The notes: a model not told the origin generated them from the letters alone. A DNA stretch of 32,000 nucleotides from Acaryochloris marina MBIC11017 (GCF_000018105.1 NC_009928.1:241122-273121), one strand, 5' to 3'; positions 24,201-31,622 are shown, numbered from the stretch's first letter. Made by a program: numbers and translations.

Positions 24201-26815
24201 TTGCAGTTGACGATGAGCGACAAGGTATTGGAGGCCGCAGAGGAAATTATGCAGATCAAGAACAAGCTCCCCCGACACGCCCCACCCAAGACGGTCGCTC
24301 AACAGAATGGGGGTCAACCTCCTCAGACCTAGCAAACTGGGTGATGCAATGGTCTGAGGAGCAAGAGCTTGCAGCAAGTGGGTTAGGTGAACACCTGCTA
24401 GCCCTCTCTCAAAGCATAAACAGACTGAGTGAAAATCTCGATAATGTTTCTTTTAATGGCCTGGGCGAATTGGCTGAAGTCGTAGTAAGGGAGCTAGAAC
24501 AACAAGCCCTCGCCCAGAACCTTACTCATATTGCCCAATCCATTGACCAGATTGACCAGACCATCGAACAGACGGTTAGACAGCAAAGGATCAGGAGCAT
24601 TGCCGATGCTGTCACAGAATGGCGAACGGGCCAGGAGCTGGCAAATGCCGTCACCGAAATGGTGAATGTCCTGACTCAGGGCACTGAAGGGCTAGACCGG
24701 GCAATCATCCGACTCCAAGCCGGGATTGAAGCCACCCAATCTCTGGATGTCCAATTCCCCGCAATGGCTGAATTGGTCGATGCCGTTCATGATTGGCAAA
24801 CTGAGGTGGAAGTCTCTGCGGTCATGGGCGAAGTGCAGGACTTGGTTGCGTCAATCACGGTGCCCCAATTCCTGGGCATGGATGACCTGGCTCAGGATGT
24901 CCATGCCCTCAACGAAGAACAAGCCTTGGCTGAGAGTGGCTTGATTGAGCAGTTAGCTGAGTTGACCACTCAGATTAACGAGTTGGTTGAACCCCAGCAA
25001 GTTCAGTTTGAGGGCATAACTCAGTTGGCCGAAGTGGTGAGCGAACTCCAGCAGGGGCAATCCCTCGCTCAGGTGCAACCTCAGCTCCAGGCCATCACCC
25101 AGCAGATTGAAGCGTTTAACGCCAAGCAACCCACTTTTTCTTTTGCCAGAATCAAGGAGCTGGCCGATACCGTCAGTGAATGGAGGGCACATGAGTCCAT
25201 TGCTCAGCACATTGGCGCACTCAATGATCTAACCGTTCGCGCTCAACGAAGTCTGAGAATCTTCCCAGCTATGCTGCAATTGGCTAAATCCGTGAAGGCG
25301 ATGCGCTCAGTGGATGCACTCATGAATGGGCCAGTCGCAAATCAGCTCAAGGAAGTCGCCCAACAGTTGACAGACAAGGGAATAAGCGTCACTCCTAAGC
25401 CCAAAACCATTGATGATCAGGTGTTCTGGACACCCGACTATGAGGGAGTGGCGCGGCCAGACTACATTGATGAAAAACACTGGAATGAATGGGTGTCTAG
25501 TTGTGCCCATCCTGATGTGATTGCCGCTCGGCTCCAATCCATCGCCGATGATCAGGTGATTGATCGGTTGCTGGGAGCCAAGATTGAAGACATCGCCACT
25601 CGTAGACGGGATGGGTCTTTCAAGACGGTTCGTACTCAATATCCCATTAAAGCGATTCGGTCTTTGATTAATGAGCGGTCTCATCCTGAAGTGTTGAGCT
25701 ATCAAGAGCTAGCTGAAGGTGGGGGCTGGTGGGCTGATGCTGGAGTGGATCCGCTGTCCTTTGAAGAACTTGGCCCCAATGAGGAACCCACACTGAGTCT
25801 ATATGGAACGTTTAAACCTGATACTCCCCGCATTGACGTAGACAAGACCCGCAGAGCTAGGGCTAAAAACCCCAATGCCCCAACCAAATATCGCAAGTAT
25901 GAGAATCCATTGGGAACCAAGCGCGAATTGTTCGAGCGAGACATGGCATTCCAACCCGTCCCAGACCATATCGCTGAGCGGATCTTTGCCAAGTATGGTG
26001 TCACCCAAACCCAGGAGGAGAAAGCCAAGGGATTCTGGTACACGGTCTACAAGCATCCTGAGATTCCCATCTACCGGACTGAAGGCGATAAAAAAGATGC
26101 GGCATTAGTCTCTCAAGGAAGAGTCGTCATTGGTGGTCAGGGGGTCAACATCGGCTATCGGGCCAAGAACCAGCACGATGAAAAGCTCGAAAGAAGAGTA
26201 CTGCACCCTCAGCTAGACGTGTTTGCGGTTCCAGGCAGAGAGTTCAGGTATGCCCATGACTGGGATTCTGAGCAGTCCACGGTCTGGAACGTTCGCCGTG
26301 AAATGGTCAGAGAGGCTGAACTCATTGAAGAAAGAGACTGCAAGACATGGAGAATTCCTTGGGATTCTGAGAAAGGGAAAGGCGTCGATGACCTGATCGC
26401 TAATCATGGCCCCATCGCCTTTGAGCGGGCCGACAAGAATGCCTATCCGATGGAGCGGGAAATCACGATGCACTATCGGGGCCAGTACACCCAGATTAAG
26501 AAGCGATTAAATCGTCACTTTGGATGCGCGGTCCACGATATTCCCATTTACCTAGAAGCGATGAAGGATGGGGACGAGATGGATGGCATTCGGGTCCTAT
26601 GGGAGTCTTCCACTGCCCGGTCCTTCCAGCATTACCATGACAAGCAGCACTATATCGAGGGCATCATCAAACTCTCGGATGCCTATCGTAGACTCGTCAG
26701 AAAAGACGGTGACCCCAAGGCCATGCAAATCCTCGTCAACAGACTAAAAAAGCCCCGACCCATTATCAAGGTCGAGGCCAGAAGTCGGAATATAAAACGA
26801 GGCTATGGACGTTAG
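21206..26815 (+). CDS. MOBF-type (TrwC/TraI-like) relaxase plus RecD-like helicase, ending in a helical-repeat region and a Toprim-like (DUF3854-type) domain, all as one 1869-codon ORF
   Basis: N-terminal ERYYSE...WVGSNAIVQKLG. His triad HHTSRDGDMQLHTHMLIMN. Walker A GFPGVGKSRTLG. Walker B VWLIDEAGMMS. C-terminal IYRTEGDKKDAALVSQGRVVIGGQGV (Toprim Glu) and GKGVDDLIANHG (DxD). The bridge at 23829-24332 is suspect; see findings. Confidence 0.85.
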   Translation: MKTMRTIYGEMIDYYDEDESLVDAPERYYSESEVITDIDRMSTAVWVGSNAIVQKLGTYVKREDFKALSRGFLPESLKSVAGGAVQRIRGKKPNEEDKERLAHDLVLSAPKSVSMALHLEGDNRIFDAHMEAVLETFELLEREYAQTRIQVNGVRSVVDTGNMIAALMPHHTSRDGDMQLHTHMLIMNGTEGPDGRWRSLSHEKLAQAKWIGSFYRQKLAEKVQRLGYRIYQTKDAFELVGYDRSDVEVFSKRHRAIVKAVQKEGLEVTPENKKLKVLPTRKAKRGVGKKLEIIQDHWREEARSQGVGHPVLAEPLAVMPDPDRARYEVESAIRHYAEWSSIFEKDDIYAYVFKTLKRQGMAMEQVDEAIKQSKELIPVDRGFTTVTAVEEEAQIHQRWMEGQGQAQPMVAHPSLLGISVELNEDQAKAILNTLSSSDRYQIWQGFPGVGKSRTLGVLKTLLNGSGLSIRGFSPTIPAAKKLQDELGITTNTVEHLVLHKVEDSPNQVWLIDEAGMMSRRQMKVILEKAEPIGAQVIFVGDAGQNSAIEAGNPFKFMQANGATTHRIEEIVRQKVDVQKQAVELIARGRGIAALELLDANGYVIESGCKAEMAQAAADQFLALPLKEQEETLIIAGTNEERLDTEQAIRWGEKQAGRLGESSKIVQLKSRNLSIEQKRRADWYRKGDYVRLLQTSKTSSIKRGQLYKVEKREGDELVVSSFGGRLYRFKPAKYKLKEVYSAHKFDVAVGDKLRWTTTIKENNWINGQQLTVTALDGLNMKVRDHEGRSHDVPLTQPLALEYDRVWTSYRSQSGTKKRTIVITTNDRTSSREPFLVDISRQEHELTVYTESLNKLRNRVAKSNAQKSALDLIEGTYGNQRTTTTERQQSTADHQQSTADHQRASSPVSPTHGRDHHLDQSSRRGPNSEPTHPRRKQRTQVPGQGADQHHPNGSQSRSQPIYPGVQGGDGIQETLGYEREHQGTRQGNGQLKDENRGYQRVAVDDERQGIGGRRGNYADQEQAPPTRPTQDGRSTEWGSTSSDLANWVMQWSEEQELAASGLGEHLLALSQSINRLSENLDNVSFNGLGELAEVVVRELEQQALAQNLTHIAQSIDQIDQTIEQTVRQQRIRSIADAVTEWRTGQELANAVTEMVNVLTQGTEGLDRAIIRLQAGIEATQSLDVQFPAMAELVDAVHDWQTEVEVSAVMGEVQDLVASITVPQFLGMDDLAQDVHALNEEQALAESGLIEQLAELTTQINELVEPQQVQFEGITQLAEVVSELQQGQSLAQVQPQLQAITQQIEAFNAKQPTFSFARIKELADTVSEWRAHESIAQHIGALNDLTVRAQRSLRIFPAMLQLAKSVKAMRSVDALMNGPVANQLKEVAQQLTDKGISVTPKPKTIDDQVFWTPDYEGVARPDYIDEKHWNEWVSSCAHPDVIAARLQSIADDQVIDRLLGAKIEDIATRRRDGSFKTVRTQYPIKAIRSLINERSHPEVLSYQELAEGGGWWADAGVDPLSFEELGPNEEPTLSLYGTFKPDTPRIDVDKTRRARAKNPNAPTKYRKYENPLGTKRELFERDMAFQPVPDHIAERIFAKYGVTQTQEEKAKGFWYTVYKHPEIPIYRTEGDKKDAALVSQGRVVIGGQGVNIGYRAKNQHDEKLERRVLHPQLDVFAVPGREFRYAHDWDSEQSTVWNVRREMVREAELIEERDCKTWRIPWDSEKGKGVDDLIANHGPIAFERADKNAYPMEREITMHYRGQYTQIKKRLNRHFGCAVHDIPIYLEAMKDGDEMDGIRVLWESSTARSFQHYHDKQHYIEGIIKLSDAYRRLVRKDGDPKAMQILVNRLKKPRPIIKVEARSRNIKRGYGR
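23829..24332 (+). CDS. Embedded +1-frame ORF encoding a 167-aa coiled-coil-like protein (possible separate cistron)
   Basis: GAGG (23819-23822) lies 6 nt upstream of the ATG. An in-frame TAA sits at 23814. Codons are C/G-ending. The product is amphipathic (NELRVQLAPLTDAITILTNQVEEVQTQNQHILDENRELKSQV...). The ORF stops 11 nt before the in-frame ATG 24344 of the long ORF. Confidence 0.5.
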   Translation: METNEQQQQNVNNQQQIINNQQQIINELRVQLAPLTDAITILTNQVEEVQTQNQHILDENRELKSQVRERINTIPMEVKAVLNLFIQEFKEAMASKKPSDMSESIKELAKAMDNLRMKIEDTSVLQLTMSDKVLEAAEEIMQIKNKLPRHAPPKTVAQQNGGQPPQT

Positions 26816-27012
26816 TCTACACGACGGGAGTTAATCACCGTACCACCGTAAGGACTAATCCAATCAGACCCCGGCATGGGAGGTGGGCCTGGAACAATCT
26901 CAGTGCGCCTCCAACCAGATCTATCTTCAATTTCTATGAGGCTCCGTTCTTGAGGTTTGCGGTTTTCTGGAAAGACTCGGCTTTGAATATCGTCTGAATA
27001 AATTTCTGACAT
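26812..27012 (-). CDS. Hypothetical small protein (66 aa)
   Basis: AAGGAG lies 7 nt upstream of the ATG, and a motif copy lies 46 nt upstream. Its stop overlaps the relaxase stop in a convergent arrangement. Confidence 0.5.
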   Translation of the reverse strand: MSEIYSDDIQSRVFPENRKPQERSLIEIEDRSGWRRTEIVPGPPPMPGSDWISPYGGTVINSRRVD

Positions 27013-27058
27013 CGGATTTCTCCTTAATTTGAGTTACAACGTGAAACTGATTCGAGAG

Positions 27059-27069
27059 AATATGCCACC
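27059..27069 (-). promoter_or_regulatory. Backbone motif copy (minus strand GGTGGCATATT)
   Basis: aatatgccacc lies between the 752-aa stop (27073) and the 66-aa start (27012). Confidence 0.4.
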
Positions 27070-27072
27070 CCT

Positions 27073-29331
27073 TTATCGGGACATGGAAACTTCTCGTTTG
27101 GGCTGTTCTTTCTCCTCAACGGGGGGACGAGCATTGTTCTTTTTAATCCTGGCAATGAGCTTGCTTGAATCTAGGCCTTTCTCTCGCCTCCGATTAATCG
27201 TATCTTTCTGTTCTTGAGTGAAGCCCGCTAGCTCATCCTGGCTTTCTGCGGTGGGACTCTCATTCTGAGATTGGGTATTTTTGGACTCTACATTTATTTT
27301 CTCATCCCCAGATTTCTGATTTTGAGAATCTGGTTTGGGTTCCTCAACCTCAGCCTGCTCATCTTGCGCTTTTGGCTTCGGAGCCTCTGTCTCAGCCTTC
27401 TGGCTTTTTGCTTCGCCTTGCTGCTCTTGATTATCCTTTGGCATGTCAGCCTCAGCTTTTAGGTCTTTCCCAGCGAGATTATAGCGATCTGGAAGCGCAA
27501 TACCATTTTGGATTCTGAGAACCGTGCGAGTGCCCAATTTAATCGTCAGCGTCCCTTTGAAATTCTCAGGGTTTTTGAGGGCATCCTGAATCATCTGAGC
27601 CTGCTCTAAATTGACGGAACTGCGATTGTGGTCAATCATTCCATCACCATCAAGCCGAAATATCTCTTGTCGATTCAAAATAACTCGCAGATTGCTAATC
27701 TCAATGCTACGACCCAGCTTTTCAACGATATCCTCATTGATCATGCGGAGTGGGTCAAGGTCTTCAGATTCCGAGGTTTTCGCTTTCGGTGCTTCCGCTT
27801 CAGGTGCTTGAGAGGGTTCAGACCTTTCTGGTTCTGAGGAGTTGCGGACCACAGCCCTAGCCTCCTCCTCACTCATGCCTTCCTCTTGACCTTGCATCAC
27901 GACCAGCTCGTCATAGTATTCCTGCAACTGCGGATCTTCGCTGATGTATTCTTGAATGTCAGCATAGGTCAGCTCTTCGTCCAGGGCTTTAGACAACAGC
28001 TCCGCATATTGGTCTTGGCTTGTGGGGGCATTCTGTACCTCTGCCCCCTGCTCAAAGGCATCATAGTTGGCCTCAGTGGTGACGAGTTTCTGAACGTCCT
28101 CAATGTCCATCCCATTAACAGCAGCTTGAGCCACCACCTTCTGATCCAGCTCACTCAATAACGTTGGTTTCTCACTGAGGCGAGACTGAATATCCTCCCA
28201 GGTCAGATCTGGATTCTTCTCAAATTCACCCAGTAGCTGGGAATATTGCTGTTGGGCGTCCGTTGATAGTTCGACCGAGGGATTCACGACAGAAGCATTC
28301 ACTTCCAATACTGTTTGAGCTTCAGGCTCCTGGTTCAGCTCCTGATTAACTTCTGGGGTGGGGTTCTCTAGTTTGTATTGCGCCTCCACTGACTTTGCTG
28401 TCTCAGCTAGATAAACAGAGGTATCTTGAAGCTTCGCGTCAGCCATCTGAGATACATTCGGTCCCTGTGAGATAATCGCGGTTGCTTCATCCGGGCCTTT
28501 CCCTGCTTTGAGCGCTTGGTAGAAGACTTGCTTGTCATAGTCAGCTCCTAAGTCGGGCTGATTTTGGAGAGTCTCCTGAATACGCTCATAGGTGAGATTG
28601 GGGTCATTCTGTTGCTCAGATAGGATCTTTACATATTCATCTCGTCGCTCCATATCGCGCTCTGTGGGGATGGAGGCTTGGTTCTGTGCTTCAGCCATTG
28701 TTGCTTGTCTCCTTTGTACGGTTTCCATTGCACTACGAACGTTCTGCTGCACTTGCTCTGGCAGCTTGCTCAATGTTTCCTCAAACCAATCCTTGGCCCG
28801 ATTGATGTAGTGATTCGTCATCCTCCACATATGGACCACGGGACGAGCTACCACGGTAGGAATGCCCTGTCTGGCATAGCTAATGGCAAGTTTGCCTGTA
28901 TCAATCATGCTTTTCCCGATCACCGTCGGAGCGGCAAACCCGCTCAAGGGCCGTGCCCAAGCATCCGTCTTTGCGAGGAGATCTGGGATTCTGACTTTCG
29001 CCCAATCGTCAAACGCCCTTTGACGGAACCAATGGGTTAAACCCGGTTGGATCTGGCTGGACATCTCGGCAAACTGATTCGTGAGCCGTGTTTCGGTAAA
29101 GTCATGGATACTGGAGTGCATCCAGTGAGTGGCTTGACCCACGGCACCCGCGACGAAGGGGCCAACGATGGGGGTATGGGTCGCTGCCACGGCTACTCCT
29201 GGCACTGCTGCCATCTGAATCCCTTTCTTAGCCACACGCATTAAGGGAGCCGCTTGGAAAAAGAGTTGTTCTTCCTCCCTGAGTTCTTGATATTTTTTGC
29301 TGATGAAATTCTGAAATTCAAGTTTTTCCAC
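27073..29331 (-). CDS. Large acidic repeat protein of unknown function (752 aa)
   Basis: GTG start with GGAGAA upstream. The N-terminus has a hydrophobic segment AAVPGVAVAATHTPIVGPFVAGAVG. Three modules of about 57 aa are present (...DP.LT(Y/W)E.IQ..L...P.L....D..V...). The tail is K/E/Q-rich. Confidence 0.8.
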   Translation of the reverse strand: MEKLEFQNFISKKYQELREEEQLFFQAAPLMRVAKKGIQMAAVPGVAVAATHTPIVGPFVAGAVGQATHWMHSSIHDFTETRLTNQFAEMSSQIQPGLTHWFRQRAFDDWAKVRIPDLLAKTDAWARPLSGFAAPTVIGKSMIDTGKLAISYARQGIPTVVARPVVHMWRMTNHYINRAKDWFEETLSKLPEQVQQNVRSAMETVQRRQATMAEAQNQASIPTERDMERRDEYVKILSEQQNDPNLTYERIQETLQNQPDLGADYDKQVFYQALKAGKGPDEATAIISQGPNVSQMADAKLQDTSVYLAETAKSVEAQYKLENPTPEVNQELNQEPEAQTVLEVNASVVNPSVELSTDAQQQYSQLLGEFEKNPDLTWEDIQSRLSEKPTLLSELDQKVVAQAAVNGMDIEDVQKLVTTEANYDAFEQGAEVQNAPTSQDQYAELLSKALDEELTYADIQEYISEDPQLQEYYDELVVMQGQEEGMSEEEARAVVRNSSEPERSEPSQAPEAEAPKAKTSESEDLDPLRMINEDIVEKLGRSIEISNLRVILNRQEIFRLDGDGMIDHNRSSVNLEQAQMIQDALKNPENFKGTLTIKLGTRTVLRIQNGIALPDRYNLAGKDLKAEADMPKDNQEQQGEAKSQKAETEAPKPKAQDEQAEVEEPKPDSQNQKSGDEKINVESKNTQSQNESPTAESQDELAGFTQEQKDTINRRREKGLDSSKLIARIKKNNARPPVEEKEQPKREVSMSR

Positions 29332-29374
29332 TGTTCAAGTTCTCCATAGTTAGAGTCCTAAATCGTTGCAAGAG

Positions 29375-29385
29375 AATGTACCGCT
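29375..29385 (-). promoter_or_regulatory. Backbone motif copy (minus strand AGCGGTACATT)
   Basis: aatgtaccgct overlaps the stop of the 118-aa gene and lies 43 nt upstream of GTG 29331. The flank AGAGAAT is shared with the copy at 27059. Confidence 0.4.
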
Positions 29386-29740
29386 ACCGTCCAAACCCTC
29401 GATTTTGGCCTCGGTTCCGATTCTGGGTGAGCTTGTGGCCGTGGGTTTCCACCGCGACTTTGAGCTGGGCACTCTTCACATACCGCTCCGCCATCTTGGT
29501 TGGGTCTTGCACTTTCTCGGCATAGTCGCTCATCCGTAGCTTGGTCTTAATCACATCCGTGGGGGTGTTGTTCCGTATCTCCTGCTTCGCCAGTTCCATT
29601 GCCTGTTCAGCGGTCTCGATCTTGACCGCCACTCGCGGCTTGCGGAGGGCGACGGCATTGATGATGACGCTGTTGGTCGCATTCACGGCCTGCTGGCCGA
29701 TTTGCAACGCTTCTCTAAATTGCTGTTCTTCGCTACTCAT
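29384..29740 (-). CDS. Hypothetical protein (118 aa), translationally coupled to the coupling-protein gene
   Basis: ATGA start/stop overlap with the T4CP gene at 29737-29740. The C-terminus is basic (NRNRGQNRGFGR). Confidence 0.7.
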   Translation of the reverse strand: MSSEEQQFREALQIGQQAVNATNSVIINAVALRKPRVAVKIETAEQAMELAKQEIRNNTPTDVIKTKLRMSDYAEKVQDPTKMAERYVKSAQLKVAVETHGHKLTQNRNRGQNRGFGR

Positions 29741-31464
29741 GCGGCTTGTTCCTCCTGTTGCTTCAATTTGTGGGATTCAACTTCTTGGGTAGAGGGCAGC
29801 AAAGCATCCGCAGACACCATGCGGTCGGACATGATTTGTTCTGGAGAATCTAACACCCGCTCTTGGGCTATCCTCTCCATCTGCCTATGGACATGGCTGT
29901 TGTACATCCGCTCACATTCGGTGAACCGCTGCATGTCCGTGCCATTCCGCTTCTTCAAGTTGAAGCGCATCCGAATGGGCCGATCATCCATGCCGGGGTT
30001 GGTGCAGATAAATTCCCCTTTCTTCAATCGCTTGATATCTGAAGCGGTAATCAACCGCTTCTTCTTCTCCTGTTCATTGCGGGAGCGGCTGTTGCCCATC
30101 TTCCCGTAGCTGCGAGATTTGGAATGGTAGTGCTTGGTGTATTCCCCCAAGTCCGCACTCAGGTCTTCTCGGACTTTGTAGCTCCCACTCTTGAATATGA
30201 ATTGGGTGGAGGTGTTATCAAAGATCGACTCTGAGGTCTCAGACTGATATTTAATCTTGGGTTGGCTATAGCTCTGCATGGACACAAAGGAATAGAACCC
30301 ATAGCTCCGATCCAAGGACACCACTTCTTCAAAGCTCGGCAGCATCAATCGGGCGAATTCATCTAGGAACACACCAAAGGGCCGATCCCGTTCTGTATCC
30401 TCATTCAGGTTGCGCTGAATCAGTAGGTGAATAGCAACTGCGACGAGGGGGGCCGTGGCTTTCTTGGCTTGTCCATCCAACTCAAAGAAGATGATTTGCT
30501 TACCCGGTAGGTCCAAAGGAATGGTGGATTGGGTGGGTTCGCGCCCATCGATGGACAGACAGGGGATGGTCTGCCGATTGACCATTGGTAAGAGATAGTT
30601 GATGCCACTCGCTAATATGCCACCAGCAGTATCTTGGGTGCCCGTCACGCTCATCAGGCCCACGAGCTGTTGCCTCACCCACATGCCCAAATCGCTATCT
30701 ACTTTGAATGCCCCTTCTTGGTCCGCCAACTGAATCCGCTCGGCGATGCCCGGCAGGCCCATCAAGGCCCAGACCATCGGCAAGTCCGCATAGTCTGCCC
30801 GCTTTGCCATCATCAGCAATGCTTGTAGAAGGTACTCGGCGTGATTGTCGAAGAAAGGATGCTTGTTCGACATATTGACAATCACGTTATCGGACAAGGT
30901 TGAGGCGATGGACCGGGCAATCAGGGAGTCATCCGCATCCCGCATAAATCCCAGGTAGTCAAAGCCATGACTATAGGGCTTGCCCGGAGCAAAGCAGTAG
31001 CACTCATAAGGAATTTTTTGCTTGCGGGCATAGGGGATGAATATCTTCTTGAGGGTGCCTTTGACATCAAAGACAATCAGAGTGTGCTCTTGAAGAATGG
31101 CATCTGCTAAAGCTAGCTCAATTAGTTTGGTCTTGCCCTTACCAGAGCCGCCTACGATGGTGACGAGGGGTTGGAGGTCGGGGAGGATCAGGGGGTCATC
31201 GCTACCCAAGCGCAGGGCAATCTCATCCCGTTTTCGGTCTCTGATCTGCTTGAGTCCCAGCATCTTAGCTCGATGCTGTTCCCGTCTCGTGGCCCACCGG
31301 GCATCATCGGGTTCACGTCTCGTCTCATCCTCAAACCACCACAGGGCAATCAGGATGAGAGCCAATAAGCCCGTCAACCAGGGGAGAGGGCCACTGAATA
31401 GGGGAGACAGGTCAACTCCTTCAGATTGGGGCTGGGGAGGCTGTTCGGTTTTGTGCTGCATCAT
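29737..31464 (-). CDS. Type IV secretion coupling protein (VirD4/TraG/TraD family)
   Basis: N-terminal TM helix LPWLTGLLALILIALWWF. Walker A IVGGSGKGKTKL. Walker B-like GVFLDEFARL. 575 aa. Confidence 0.9.
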   Translation of the reverse strand: MMQHKTEQPPQPQSEGVDLSPLFSGPLPWLTGLLALILIALWWFEDETRREPDDARWATRREQHRAKMLGLKQIRDRKRDEIALRLGSDDPLILPDLQPLVTIVGGSGKGKTKLIELALADAILQEHTLIVFDVKGTLKKIFIPYARKQKIPYECYCFAPGKPYSHGFDYLGFMRDADDSLIARSIASTLSDNVIVNMSNKHPFFDNHAEYLLQALLMMAKRADYADLPMVWALMGLPGIAERIQLADQEGAFKVDSDLGMWVRQQLVGLMSVTGTQDTAGGILASGINYLLPMVNRQTIPCLSIDGREPTQSTIPLDLPGKQIIFFELDGQAKKATAPLVAVAIHLLIQRNLNEDTERDRPFGVFLDEFARLMLPSFEEVVSLDRSYGFYSFVSMQSYSQPKIKYQSETSESIFDNTSTQFIFKSGSYKVREDLSADLGEYTKHYHSKSRSYGKMGNSRSRNEQEKKKRLITASDIKRLKKGEFICTNPGMDDRPIRMRFNLKKRNGTDMQRFTECERMYNSHVHRQMERIAQERVLDSPEQIMSDRMVSADALLPSTQEVESHKLKQQEEQAA

Positions 31465-31598
31465 TCACCACCTTTGTTTTTAGCGATGGGGATGAATCTG
31501 TCGTTGTGTCTAAAGTAGTGGTCACAGCAATAGGTTTGTTGGCTGGAGTAACCCAACTGCACAAGCAGGGGCACTACGAGAAATCTGATGTTGGTCAT
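31461..31598 (-). CDS. Possible 45-aa leader ORF coupled to the coupling-protein gene
   Basis: My own translation is MTNIRFLVVPLLVQLGYSSQQTYCCDHYFRHNDRFIPIAKNKGGE. Its TGA overlaps the T4CP ATG (ATGA). A motif copy lies 24 nt upstream of its ATG. Confidence 0.3.
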   Translation of the reverse strand: MTNIRFLVVPLLVQLGYSSQQTYCCDHYFRHNDRFIPIAKNKGGE

Positions 31599-31622
31599 GA
31601 CGGTCAGAATTATCTACGCGAT

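Noticed and set aside
27029-29244. Plus-strand ORFs (60-120 aa) opposite the 752-aa gene
   Set aside because: They are low-complexity L/F/S/R-rich shadow ORFs of an acidic, Q/E-rich minus-strand gene that has a good start context.
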